The notes under the pieces were generated by a model. It was not told the origin of the DNA. It saw only the letters and a list, made by a program, of their open reading frames with translations, and searched no databases. From Polyangiales bacterium (GTDB lineage Bacteria; Myxococcota_A; Polyangia; Polyangiales; JADJQN01): a DNA stretch of 64,000 bases. The stretch spans positions 160,001 through 224,000 of the forward strand of contig CAXNJO010000004.1 in NCBI GenBank assembly GCA_964202905.1, given 5' to 3'. Below, in pieces: positions 50,860-60,166 of this stretch. Within the stretch, counting starts at the first letter, position 1. The number at the start of each line of letters is the position of its first letter. The translations under genes and the position numbers were made by a program.

Positions 50860-52616
50860 CAGCCTTCTCCTCGCTGCACCACGCCCACGCCATCCGTCAG
50901 CGAGGGCAGCACGACCGCGAGCGGCGTCCGCACGACGGGGCGCTCGAGGACCTCGATGCGGCCATCGCGGGCACGCCGCGTGTTCACGAAGACCGTCCAG
51001 CGCGCGTCGTCGCGCTCCGGGTAGTCGAGGCGCTCCTGGTAGCAGTGCCAGCGCGTCTCGCGGCGGTGGAGCATGTGTTCGACGAGCACGCGCGCGACGG
51101 TCACGCGCTCAATCACCTCGTGACAGAGCATGAGCGCGTGCGGCTCGTCGGCGCGGAGGGCGGAGACCTCCTGTTCGAGCCGCTCGAGGTGCAGGCGCGC
51201 GATCTTCAGCTCGCCCTCGCTCGTGCCGTAGCCGACCCCGATGCCGCCGGCGTACTCGTCCATGATCTTCTGGAGGCGCTCTTCGAGGTCGGTGCACGAG
51301 AGGCCCTCGCTGTCCTCGAGGGGCGCGAAGACGCGGTCGCGCTCGGCGAGCACATCTTCTTCGTCGAGCTCGGGCGCCGCCGTCTGCGAACGCGCGTGCG
51401 CGATCATGTCGCGCACCGCGAGCACGGCCTCGGCCCACGCGCCGGAGGCATACTTCTTCGGCACGCCGCCCGCGACGTCGCCCGCGGCCCAGAGACCTTC
51501 GAGCGTGGTGCGGCGGCGCTCGTCGACCCAGTAGCCGCTGAGCCCGTGGCCGCCGACGACGAGCGGCTCGCCGCCCGTGATCTCGACGGGCGCCATCTCG
51601 CCACCGTGCTTCGCGTAGTAGGCCTCGTCGCTCATGATCATCGCGGCGGGCGGGGCCATCGAGAGATAGCTGCGGATGGTGCCCTCGAGCCGACGCGGGT
51701 TGACGCCGCCGAGGTCGAGATAGCAGGGCCCGCGGCCCGCGCGGCGCTCGAGCAGCGTCGCGTAGAGGCGGTCCTGCGTCGTCATGCGCTTTCCGCCGAG
51801 GTGCGCGTAGTACTTCTCGAGGTACTTCTCGCCGCGCGCGTTGATCTGATCGGCCTCGAGCCACTGCGCGATCTCGCCCGTCGGCGCGATGGCGTCCTTG
51901 ATGCGCAGCGGGATGAAGCGGTACTCGAACGACGTGAGCTCCGCGCCCGCGCGGAAGCCCATCGCGAGCCCGGCGCCCGTGTTGTAGGGCGAATACCACA
52001 TGCGGTGCGCGGCCATGCCCGGGTTGGAGGGGCGGTAGAGGCCGGCGGCGCCGCCCGTGCAGACGAGCACGGCCTTCGCCGCGACCGCCACGAAGCGACC
52101 GGTGCGCACGTGGAAGGCGTAGGCGCCGACGACGCGCCCGCGCCGCGTCGCGAGGCCCGTCACGTTCATGCGATTCAACACGCGCACGCCCGAGGCCTCG
52201 ACGCGCTTCGCGAGGATCGGCTTGATGCGCTCGCCGAAGATCTTCACCGACGCGCGCCCGCGCTTCACGGCGCGGCCGTGCTCGTCGCGCGCGATGGGCA
52301 GGCCCCACGCCTCGACGCGGTGCGACTGCTCGTTGAGCTCACGCGCCATCGAGAGCACGAGATCGTCGCGCACGACGCCGAAGGTGTCGCGCTGCACGTA
52401 GCGCAGGAACGACTCGGGCGTCTCGCCCTCGGTGAGATAGGCGTTGAGCGCGCTGATGCCCGCGGCGAGGCAGCCCGAGCGCTGGATGTGCGCTTTCTCG
52501 AGCAGCACGACGTCGAGGCCCGGGTCGCGCTCCTTCGCCTCGACGGCCGCGACGCAGCCGGCCGCGCCACCGCCGATCACGAGCAGATCGCACTGGAGGG
52601 ACTCGATGTCGATCAC
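50859..52616 (-). CDS. aprA: Adenylylsulfate reductase alpha subunit (FAD)
   Basis: IGGGAAG, EKAHIQRSGCLAAGISALNAY, VRDDL, WYSPYNTGAG, RIKDAIAPTG, RRETRW...DYPERDD. Confidence 0.85.
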   Translation of the reverse strand: MIDIESLQCDLLVIGGGAAGCVAAVEAKERDPGLDVVLLEKAHIQRSGCLAAGISALNAYLTEGETPESFLRYVQRDTFGVVRDDLVLSMARELNEQSHRVEAWGLPIARDEHGRAVKRGRASVKIFGERIKPILAKRVEASGVRVLNRMNVTGLATRRGRVVGAYAFHVRTGRFVAVAAKAVLVCTGGAAGLYRPSNPGMAAHRMWYSPYNTGAGLAMGFRAGAELTSFEYRFIPLRIKDAIAPTGEIAQWLEADQINARGEKYLEKYYAHLGGKRMTTQDRLYATLLERRAGRGPCYLDLGGVNPRRLEGTIRSYLSMAPPAAMIMSDEAYYAKHGGEMAPVEITGGEPLVVGGHGLSGYWVDERRRTTLEGLWAAGDVAGGVPKKYASGAWAEAVLAVRDMIAHARSQTAAPELDEEDVLAERDRVFAPLEDSEGLSCTDLEERLQKIMDEYAGGIGVGYGTSEGELKIARLHLERLEQEVSALRADEPHALMLCHEVIERVTVARVLVEHMLHRRETRWHCYQERLDYPERDDARWTVFVNTRRARDGRIEVLERPVVRTPLAVVLPSLTDGVGVVQRGEG

Positions 52617-52629
52617 GCGTGCTCCTCGT

Positions 52630-53139
52630 TCACTCGACGCGCAGCGCGCCCTCGCGGAAGTCGTTCGTGCCCGGCACGTGCACCCAGAGCTTGCGGTCGA
52701 CGGCGCGCCCCTCGATGACGCTCACGACGAGGAACGCGCACGGCCACATCAGGGTGCCGTCGCTCGCGAAGGTGGCCGCGTCCTCCTTCGAGAAATAGGC
52801 GCCCGCGTCGCAGTGCGAGTGATAGATGACCTTGATCGGGCGGCCGCTCGCCTCGCCCGCCTCGAAGGCGCGCGCAGCCCGCAACTCGTTGATCTTGAAG
52901 TACATCCGGCTCGTCCGCGGGAAGCGTTCCGGGTCGAGCGCGTGGTAGCGGTCGGCCTCGTTGCGCTCGCGCACGCCCGCGTCGAGGCGCCCGGGATCGC
53001 CCGCAGGCCCGGAGAGGAAACCGCACGCCTCGCTCGGGTACTCGGCGACGGCGTGGGCCTCGACGTCCGCGAGGACCGTGGCGTCGATGGCGAGGTCACC
53101 GCGGATCCAGGCGCGCTCGCCCGTCTGCTCACCACTCAT
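52630..53139 (-). CDS. JAB/MPN+ metallopeptidase (Mec+-like carrier-cysteine peptidase)
   Basis: YPSEACG...IYHSHCDAGAYFSKED (E...HSH...S..D). Confidence 0.9.
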   Translation of the reverse strand: MSGEQTGERAWIRGDLAIDATVLADVEAHAVAEYPSEACGFLSGPAGDPGRLDAGVRERNEADRYHALDPERFPRTSRMYFKINELRAARAFEAGEASGRPIKVIYHSHCDAGAYFSKEDAATFASDGTLMWPCAFLVVSVIEGRAVDRKLWVHVPGTNDFREGALRVE

Positions 53140-54073
53140 GGTGTTTCTCCCAGCGCCGCGGCGCGAAGTAGCGGTCCCCGCGATCGCACGCGATCGCCAC
53201 GATGCAGCCCGTCTCGCCGCGCGCCGCGAGGCGCCTCGCGAGCACGAGCGCGCCGTACGCATTCGCGCCCGTCGAGTGGCCGACGTGCAGGCCCTCATCG
53301 GCCGCGATGCGCTCGGCCATGTCCCAGCCGTCCTCGGTGCCGACGCGCAGGATCTCGTCGGGCACGCTCGCGTCGTAGATCGCCGGCACGATCGACGAGG
53401 CCATGTGCTTGAGCCCCTCGAGTCCGTGGAGCGCCTCCGCGGGCTCGACGGCCACGCACATGATCGGACGCGTGTGCTCCTTCAGGCGGCGCGTCGTGCC
53501 CATGATCGTGCCCGTCGTGCCGATCCCCGCGACGAAGTGCGTGACCTCGTCGCCGACCTGCTCGAGGATCTCGCGGCCCGTGCCGAGGTAGTGCGCGAGC
53601 GGGTTCGACGGGTTGGAGTACTGGTCGGGGTAGAAGTACTTGTCCGGGTCGCGCGCGACGATCTCGCGGCAGTGGCGGATGGCGCCGTCCGAGCCCTCCA
53701 TCGGGTCGGAGAAGATGAGCTCCGTGCCGTAGGCGCGCGTGATGTTCTTCCGCGCCTGGGAGACGTTCGCGGGCATCACGAGCGCGATGCGGTAACCGAG
53801 GGCCGCGCCGAAGAGCGAGTACGCGACGCCGGTGTTGCCGCTCGTCGAGTCGATGAGGGTGCGGTCCCGCGTGAGGCGCCCCTCGGCGATGGCATCCTGC
53901 ATCATGCGCAGCGCAGGGCGGTCCTTCACGGAGCCGCCCGGGTTCATGTACTCGAGCTTCAGGTAGAGCTTCACGCCGGGCGCCTCGCGCCCCACGTGGC
54001 GCAGCCGCACGAGGGGCGTGTTGCCCACGGCCTCCACGACGGAGTCCAGCCGGCGATCGAAGCGCTGGGTCAC
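53129..54073 (-). CDS. cysM: Cysteine synthase B-like, probably sulfur-carrier dependent
   Basis: KLEYMNPGGSVKDRPA, TSGNTG, GLEGLKHM; flanked by carrier and JAB genes. Confidence 0.8.
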   Translation of the reverse strand: MTQRFDRRLDSVVEAVGNTPLVRLRHVGREAPGVKLYLKLEYMNPGGSVKDRPALRMMQDAIAEGRLTRDRTLIDSTSGNTGVAYSLFGAALGYRIALVMPANVSQARKNITRAYGTELIFSDPMEGSDGAIRHCREIVARDPDKYFYPDQYSNPSNPLAHYLGTGREILEQVGDEVTHFVAGIGTTGTIMGTTRRLKEHTRPIMCVAVEPAEALHGLEGLKHMASSIVPAIYDASVPDEILRVGTEDGWDMAERIAADEGLHVGHSTGANAYGALVLARRLAARGETGCIVAIACDRGDRYFAPRRWEKHHEW

Positions 54074-54083
54074 GGCCGCGGCC

Positions 54084-54413
54084 TCACCCTTCCTCGACGT
54101 CGAGGCGCAGCCCCGCCGGCCAGCGGCCCAGGCTGCCGACGCCGCTCAGCGCCTTGATCGTCTCGACCGCCGCGAACGCGCCGAGGAGCGCCGCGGCGGC
54201 CTCGCGCAGCCGCGGGTCCGCGACGAGGTCCGCCGGTGTCGCGCCCGGTTCGGAGATCGCTGGCCCCGCTGCATCGAAGGTGGTCCCGGCCCGCGCGAGG
54301 TAGCTGCGCGCGGTCTCGTCGGACGGCGCGCATGGCCGCGCGTCGCAGAGAGCGCGCTGCGCGGACTCGCCGAGCACCTGCACCTGCCGGACGAAGCGCC
54401 GCGGATCGCCCAC
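54084..54413 (-). CDS. Short ThiF/MoeB-like protein lacking the ATP-binding loop, 109 aa
   Basis: RRFVRQVQVLGESAQRAL, SYLARAG and LGAFAAVETIKALSG resemble the N-terminal, middle and C-terminal helices of MoeB. Confidence 0.6.
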   Translation of the reverse strand: MGDPRRFVRQVQVLGESAQRALCDARPCAPSDETARSYLARAGTTFDAAGPAISEPGATPADLVADPRLREAAAALLGAFAAVETIKALSGVGSLGRWPAGLRLDVEEG

Positions 54414-54414
54414 G

Positions 54415-54688
54415 TCAGCCCCCGGCGATCGCGGGGACGATGGAGAGCGACTCGCTATCCTTGAGGATGGTGTCGAGGTTGTCGAGGAAGCGGATGTCCT
54501 CGTCGTTCGCATAGAGGTTGACGAAGCGGCGCACGCCTTTTTCGTCGCAGAGGCGGTCCTTGAGGCCCGGGTGCGCGGCGCTCGAGCGCGTCGATGATCG
54601 CGCGCACGGTGCCGGCGGCGACCTCGACCTCGTCCTTACCCTGCGTGAGCGTGCGGAGCGGCGTGGGGATGCGAACGATCACGGACAT
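54415..54688 (-). CDS. MoaD/ThiS/CysO ubiquitin-like sulfur carrier; one extra base near 54580
   Basis: [15 protein letters not shown]...IIDALE, then after the shift HPGLKDRL...[15 protein letters not shown]...IVPAIAGG*. The span is 274 nt (3n+1). Confidence 0.85.
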
Positions 54689-54737
54689 CGGGTTTCTCCT
54701 GGGAATGCGGGGTCGAAAGGGGGGAGGCTGCGCGGGT

Positions 54738-55496
54738 TCAGGCGCAGTCGGGCACGCGGTAGTCGTCAAGCGAGAGCGCAGGGACGCGGCCCGCGCAGAG
54801 GGGGCAATCGGCGCGGCGGCGCAGGCGGGTCCGACGCACCGCGCCGCGCAGGCCGTCATAGCGCCAGAGCACGCCCGCGGCGTGTGTGTCGCCAGCCGCG
54901 AGGCGGAGGGCGAGGACGGCCTCGAGCGCGCCGAGCACGCCGACGACCGGGCCGATGACGCCGGCCTCCGCGCACGTCTCGGGGGGCGCGGCCTGGCCTC
55001 CCTGCGCGGCGAGGCGGGCAGGGAGGTCCTCGAAGACGCAGCGGAGACACGCGCTCACGCCGGGCACGCTGGCGAGCGCCCAGCCCGCCCAGCGCACGCA
55101 CCCCGCCTGCACGGCAGCGACGCGCGCGCGGGCGCAGGCGTCGGCGACGAGGAACTTCGTCGCGAAGTTGTCCGCGCCCTCGACGACGAGATCGACATCG
55201 GCGAGCAGCGCGAGCGCACGATCGGGCGTGAAGCGCGCCTCGACGCCCTGCACCGCGACGCCCGAGGCCGCCGCCTCCGCGAGGGCGCGCAGCCGCGCCA
55301 CGGCCCGCGCGACCTTCGGCGCGCCGACGTCGGCTTCGTCGAACAGCGTTTGCCGGTGGAGGTTCGAGCGCTCGACGACGTCGTCGTCAACGACCGTCAG
55401 CGCCGCGATGCCCGGCGCGCACGCGAGCAGGTGAAGCGCGGGTGCGCCGAGGCCCCCCGCGCCGACCACCAGCACGCGCGCGCCGCGGGCGCTCAC
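54738..55496 (-). CDS. ThiF/MoeB E1-like adenylyltransferase, catalytic but N-terminally short
   Basis: VLVVGAGGLG, DDDVVERSNLHRQ, GADNFATKF, CLRC, TCAEAGVIGP, CPLC. GTG start overlaps the cysK stop. Confidence 0.9.
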   Translation of the reverse strand: MSARGARVLVVGAGGLGAPALHLLACAPGIAALTVVDDDVVERSNLHRQTLFDEADVGAPKVARAVARLRALAEAAASGVAVQGVEARFTPDRALALLADVDLVVEGADNFATKFLVADACARARVAAVQAGCVRWAGWALASVPGVSACLRCVFEDLPARLAAQGGQAAPPETCAEAGVIGPVVGVLGALEAVLALRLAAGDTHAAGVLWRYDGLRGAVRRTRLRRRADCPLCAGRVPALSLDDYRVPDCA

Positions 55497-56434
55497 GCCG
55501 GGGGGCTCCGGAAGTAGGTGTCGAGGCTGAAGTAGCGCTCCCCCGTGTCGCAGAGCACGCAGACGACGTTCTTGCCGGGGCCGAGCTCCCGCGCGAGCGC
55601 CAGGGCGACGACGACGTTCGCGCCCGCGCTGATGCCGACGAGCAACCCTTCCTCGCGGGCGAGACGCTCCTTCATCGCGTAGGCCTCGCGATCGCCGACC
55701 GTGCGGATCTCGTCGACGACGCCCCGATCGAAGTTGTCGGGTACGAAGCCGGCGCCGATGCCCTGGATTTTCGTGGGCCCGGGCTCGCCGCCGCTCAGCA
55801 CGGGGCTCTGCGCGGGCTCGACGGCGACGATGCGCGTGCCGGGGCGCTCGGCCCGCAGCACGCGCCCGACGCCGCTGATGGTGCCGCCCGTTCCGACGGC
55901 CGCGACGAAGGCGTCGAGGGAGTCGTCGGCGAAGCGCTCGAGCAGCTCGCGCGCCGTCGTCTCGGCGTGGCGCGCCGGGTTCGCGGGGTTCGAGAACTGC
56001 ATCGGCATGAACGCGCCCCGCTGCGCGACGAGCTCTTCGGCCGCCTCGATCGCGCCCTCCATCACGCGCTCGGCCGGCGTGAGGATGATCTCGGCGCCGT
56101 ACGCCTCGAGCAGCGCGCGCCGCTCGAGCGACATGCTCTCCGGCATCGCGAGCGCGAGTTTGTAACCCTTGACCGCGCAGGCGAGGGCGAGTCCGATGCC
56201 GGTGTTGCCGCTCGTCGGCTCGACGACCAGTTGCCCGGGTCGGAGCGTCCCCGCGCGCTCGGCGGCCTCGATCATCGCGAGCCCGACGCGGTCCTTGACG
56301 GAGCCGCCCGGGTTGAACTGCTCGGCCTTGCCCCACACCGTCGCGCAGCCTTCTTCGACGACGCGACGCAGCCGGATCACGGGCGTGGCACCCACGAGAT
56401 CCAGCACGCTCTCGACGACTTGTGCGCTCCCCAT
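55493..56434 (-). CDS. cysK: Cysteine synthase A
   Basis: NPGGSVKDRVG, EPTSGNTGIGLA, GTGGT, KIQGIGAGFVP, DTGERYFS. Confidence 0.95.
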   Translation of the reverse strand: MGSAQVVESVLDLVGATPVIRLRRVVEEGCATVWGKAEQFNPGGSVKDRVGLAMIEAAERAGTLRPGQLVVEPTSGNTGIGLALACAVKGYKLALAMPESMSLERRALLEAYGAEIILTPAERVMEGAIEAAEELVAQRGAFMPMQFSNPANPARHAETTARELLERFADDSLDAFVAAVGTGGTISGVGRVLRAERPGTRIVAVEPAQSPVLSGGEPGPTKIQGIGAGFVPDNFDRGVVDEIRTVGDREAYAMKERLAREEGLLVGISAGANVVVALALARELGPGKNVVCVLCDTGERYFSLDTYFRSPPA

Positions 56435-56449
56435 GCGGCCTCCGCAGCG

Positions 56450-56911
56450 TCAGATGACGTACACGTATTGGCCCGCGCCCCGCCGCCGCAGGCCGAGCGC
56501 CTCGCCGCGCTCGACGAGCTGGGCGAACGTGACCGCGTCGAGCGCCGCGTCGATGCGCTCGCCGACCTCGCGGAACGCCTGCTCGGTCACGCCGAGGCTC
56601 GTCGGATCGACGGCGTCGCCGATCTCTCCGGACTCCGGGGAGGCGAGGTCGATGGGCCCCTCGAGCGCACGGACGACATCACCGAGCGTGAGCGCCTCCG
56701 GCTCGCGCGCGAGCTGGTAGCCCCCGCGGGGACCGCGCTTCGAGGTCACGATCCCCGCACGCTTGAGGTCTTGGAAGATCTGCTCGAGGAAGCGGGCCGG
56801 GATGTCCTGGCGCTCGGCGATGTCCTTGATCTGCGTGGCCTTTCCGTCGTTGTGGAAGGCGACGTCGAACACCGCGCGGACCCCGTATCGACCCTTGCTC
56901 GAGAGCTTCAC
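56450..56911 (-). CDS. Rrf2-family regulator, CymR-like (no Cys residues)
   Basis: LSSKGRYG, FLEQIF, SKRGPRGGYQLA, LEGPI; C-terminus QYVYVI. Confidence 0.9.
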   Translation of the reverse strand: MKLSSKGRYGVRAVFDVAFHNDGKATQIKDIAERQDIPARFLEQIFQDLKRAGIVTSKRGPRGGYQLAREPEALTLGDVVRALEGPIDLASPESGEIGDAVDPTSLGVTEQAFREVGERIDAALDAVTFAQLVERGEALGLRRRGAGQYVYVI

Positions 56912-56957
56912 GCCACCCCATCGCGCTGCGATGTGCAGCGCGGTGAAGAATGTGCAC

Positions 56958-56982
56958 TTACCCTATCGGGTTTGTCAACAAC
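56958..56982 (-). promoter_or_regulatory. Putative Rrf2 operator overlapping a TTGACA -35 element
   Basis: TTACCCTATCGGGTTTGTCAACAAC resembles IscR type-1 boxes; TTGACA on the minus strand at 56978-56973. Confidence 0.5.
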
Positions 56983-57007
56983 GAACTCGATGACCCGCGT
57001 GCGGGTG

Positions 57008-57679
57008 TCAGAGCCCGATCGAGCCCTCGATCATCACCGTCCCGAAGAGCCCCTGCTGCGTGATCGTGGTGTCGTCGCGCGGCCCCGTTTCGCGGCCGTC
57101 GTTCGACGCGGAGGTGAAGGCCCAGCCCCACTCGGTGCCGATGGCGAGCCCTTCCACGATCTGGCCACGGATGCCGACGGCGAGGTTCACGCCGAACGCG
57201 CTCGTTTCGTCGGTCTCCACGATGGTCGTCATCGCACGGCGGCGAATTTCGACGGTCGCCGCGCTGATCGGCGCAAAGCTGAACCAGCCGCCCGCGTAGA
57301 GCGACGCGGGGCCGGCCCGGAGCACGTCGAAGAAGACCATCGGCGAGAGCGTGAAGTAGCTCTGCGACACGGAGTCGAAGTCGTCGCAGGTGTCTTCGCA
57401 GGTGGTCACGTCCACGCTCCCGAAGCCGAGACCGAGGCCGACGAAGAGCCTCCCGTCGAGGAGGCGCACGCCCGGCGTGGCGTACGGCGTGATGCTGCGC
57501 AGCTGGCCCAGGACGTCCGTCGGCACCGTATACGCCATGGCGTCGAGGCGGCCCTGGAGGGCCAGCTGGACCCCGCTCCGGCGCGGAGCCGGCGGCGCAG
57601 CGGCGTCCTGGGCAGAGACCGTCGCCGAAAAGAGTAGGGCCGTGAGCAGCGTGGCCGCGAGCGTGGACAGGAGACGCAT
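57008..57679 (-). CDS. Exported protein, probable small outer-membrane beta-barrel
   Basis: Signal peptide ending VSA-Q, alternating amphipathic strands, GGAGG RBS. Confidence 0.6.
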   Translation of the reverse strand: MRLLSTLAATLLTALLFSATVSAQDAAAPPAPRRSGVQLALQGRLDAMAYTVPTDVLGQLRSITPYATPGVRLLDGRLFVGLGLGFGSVDVTTCEDTCDDFDSVSQSYFTLSPMVFFDVLRAGPASLYAGGWFSFAPISAATVEIRRRAMTTIVETDETSAFGVNLAVGIRGQIVEGLAIGTEWGWAFTSASNDGRETGPRDDTTITQQGLFGTVMIEGSIGL

Positions 57680-57771
57680 GATCGGATCCTCCAAGCTGCG
57701 CACCATAACAGCAGATGCTTTCCACGCGAGCGGGAGCGGAGTAGGGTCCGGCCGCGGAAGGGAGCGCCGGG

Positions 57772-59577
57772 ATGCGCGTGTGCGAGTCGTGTCGGTCGCG
57801 CTTCAAGGACGGCGCGACGGTGTGCCCGCTCGACGGCGGGCGCCTGCTCGAGCTCCCCGATCCGCTGATCGGGCGGACGATCTCCGGGCGCTACACCGTG
57901 CTCGAGAAGCTCGGCGCAGGCGGTATGGGCACCGTCTACCGCGGGCGGCACGACGTCTTCGAGCGCGACCTCGCGCTGAAGTTCCTCGCGCCCGAGCTCG
58001 CGCACGACGCGGTCAGCCGCGCGCGCTTCCTGCGGGAGGCGCGCGCCGCCAACCGCATCCAGCACGAGCACATCATCGAGGTCACGGACTTCGGCGAGAC
58101 CGACGACGGCCTCGTCTACCTCGTGATGGAGTACCTCGACGGATGCCCGCTCTCGCGCGCCATCGCCGAGGGGCCCATGCCGGTCTCGCGCGTCCTGCCG
58201 ATCACGATCCAGCTCGCCTCGGCGATCGCGCGCGCGCACGAGTTCGACGTCATCCACCGCGACATCAAGCCGGACAACGTCTACCTCGTCGATCGGGACA
58301 ACGACCCCGACTTCGTGAAGGTCCTCGATTTCGGCATCGCCCACATGAAGGGCGATCTCCGGCTCACGGCGACGGGCACGGTGTTCGGAACGCCCGAGTA
58401 CATCGCGCCGGAGCAGGCGCGCGGCGCGCCGCTGACGCACGCCGTCGACCTCTACGCCGTCGGCTGCGTCTTCTTCGAGATGGTGACCGGGCGGCTGCCG
58501 TTCCGCGGGAGCACGCCCGAACTGATCGTCAAACACATCCGCGAGGCCCCGCCCCGCCCCTCCTCGCTCGTCGCGGAACTCCCGCCCCTCGTCGATGAGA
58601 TCGCGCTGCGTCTCCTCGCGAAGGACCCCGCCGCGCGCCACCGCGACGGCTACCACCTCCTCGACGATCTACGGCGCCTGCAGCGCGCCTTGGCGCCGGC
58701 ATCGAGCCGTGTGCCCGCCACGCCTCCGCGCCGTGCCTACGCGGGGATCATGCCCGCGGTGTCCATCGATGCGGCGTCGATGCGGCCCGCTGCGGCACAG
58801 CTGCCCACGACGCGCGCGCACCTGACGCTCGACGCGGCGCACTGGTGGTCCGAGCGCGCGACGTTGCTGCGCACGCTGGTCCAGCAGGCGCACCCGCGCG
58901 GCGACATGCCCGAGTGGCTCGGTCGTGCCGTCGCGGAGGTCGAGGCGGACGCGGCGACGCTCGCGCATCACCGAAGGAACCTCGCTCACCTCGCGCAGCG
59001 GAGCGCGGAGACGGAGCAGCGAGCCCGCGAGACGCGGCTGCGCATCGGGCGTGCGCTCGACGAACTCGTGAGCGACGAATCGCGCGCCGCCCGCGCGCTC
59101 CGGGAGTTCGAGAGCCGCGCAGAGGGCACACACAGCCGGCTGTCGGACGTCGAGCGTCCACTCGCGGAATCCTGGGAGTCCCTGCGCCGCGCGCAGGCGG
59201 GCAACGCCGCGATCTCGGTCGAGCTCGCGAATGCCCTCCGCGAGACGGGCGCGCTCGCGTCAGCGTGGCTCGAACTCGCCCGCGCCGATCACGCGGTCGC
59301 CCGTGAGCTCGCCGAGCGGCGCCGAGAGCGCGAAGACCTCGGGTTCCAGGTCGCGCAACTCAAGGGCCGCCTCGGCGCGATCCAGGCGGAGGCCGAGCAC
59401 GAGCTCGGGACGTTGCGCGCCGAGAGCGCACGCCTCGACTCGGCGTCCACGGCGTTGGGCGATGCGCTCGCCCGCCAAGCGACGCCCATCGTCCAGCACC
59501 TCGTCCAGTGGCCCGCGCTGCGCGCGGCGCTCTCGTTCGGCGGCACGCAGCCTGGCAGGACCGCCGCCGCGCGTTGA
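57772..59577 (+). CDS. Hanks-type Ser/Thr kinase with N-terminal Zn-ribbon-like motif and C-terminal coiled coil
   Basis: LGAGGMGTVY, ALK, HRDIKPDN, DFG, GTPEYIAPE; no TM segment. Confidence 0.95.
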   Translation: MRVCESCRSRFKDGATVCPLDGGRLLELPDPLIGRTISGRYTVLEKLGAGGMGTVYRGRHDVFERDLALKFLAPELAHDAVSRARFLREARAANRIQHEHIIEVTDFGETDDGLVYLVMEYLDGCPLSRAIAEGPMPVSRVLPITIQLASAIARAHEFDVIHRDIKPDNVYLVDRDNDPDFVKVLDFGIAHMKGDLRLTATGTVFGTPEYIAPEQARGAPLTHAVDLYAVGCVFFEMVTGRLPFRGSTPELIVKHIREAPPRPSSLVAELPPLVDEIALRLLAKDPAARHRDGYHLLDDLRRLQRALAPASSRVPATPPRRAYAGIMPAVSIDAASMRPAAAQLPTTRAHLTLDAAHWWSERATLLRTLVQQAHPRGDMPEWLGRAVAEVEADAATLAHHRRNLAHLAQRSAETEQRARETRLRIGRALDELVSDESRAARALREFESRAEGTHSRLSDVERPLAESWESLRRAQAGNAAISVELANALRETGALASAWLELARADHAVARELAERRREREDLGFQVAQLKGRLGAIQAEAEHELGTLRAESARLDSASTALGDALARQATPIVQHLVQWPALRAALSFGGTQPGRTAAAR

Positions 59578-59614
59578 TCGCGCGCGACGACTCTGGTAAC
59601 TCGTGCTGGTCCCG

Positions 59615-60166
59615 ATGTACGCACCCTACCGGCTGCGCCCACTGGTGCTGGCTGCCTCGCTGGTCGGCGCTCTCGCGGCCTGCGAGGCAGCGCCCGCGCG
59701 GGGGCGCTCGGCCATGCGTGAGGCGCCGCGCGCGGCGGAGCTCCGTTCGACCGTCGTGCAGGAGGCGCTGCGCACCGCGGGGCAGGTGTTGCGGACGCGC
59801 GGTTTCGCGCCGGTCGGAGACGAGCAGCGCGGCTTCGTCGTGACGCGTGGCGCGCTCGTGCAGGCGCAGCCGATGCGGAGCGGCAGCTGCTACGTCGCGA
59901 TCGGGGCGGGGTCGGCCGCGCTGACGTCGATCGACCTGACGTTGCACGACAGCGACGGAGCGCCCGTCGCCGAGGCCGCGCGACCGAGCGGCGCACGCCC
60001 GGCGCTGCGCTTCTGCCCTCCGCAGTCAGGCACGTTCTACCTCGCGGCCCGGGCGGTCAACGGGAGCGGGATCGTCGCGCTCCGCTCCTTCGAGGGGCCC
60101 GGCGGGCTCGAGGTGCGGGTCGACGACGTGTTCGGCGCGCCCGCGCAGGTCGGCGACGCGCAGTGA
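59615..60166 (+). CDS. Lipoprotein with one PPC-like two-Cys domain
   Basis: Lipobox LAAC; CYVAIG...IDLTLHDSDG...LRFCP...G.FYL. Confidence 0.7.
   Translation: MYAPYRLRPLVLAASLVGALAACEAAPARGRSAMREAPRAAELRSTVVQEALRTAGQVLRTRGFAPVGDEQRGFVVTRGALVQAQPMRSGSCYVAIGAGSAALTSIDLTLHDSDGAPVAEAARPSGARPALRFCPPQSGTFYLAARAVNGSGIVALRSFEGPGGLEVRVDDVFGAPAQVGDAQ

Noticed and set aside
50518..52616. Evidence for dissimilatory sulfate reduction
   Set aside because: No sat, qmo or dsr genes in the window, and the context is cysteine biosynthesis.
52613..53026. 137-aa minus-strand ORF abutting aprA
   Set aside because: Off-frame overlap of the JAB gene, which has clear catalytic motifs.
52630..55496. E1 + ubiquitin-like + JAB as an antiphage conjugation system
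   Set aside because: No E2 or CD-NTase; interleaving with cysK and cysM fits sulfur transfer.
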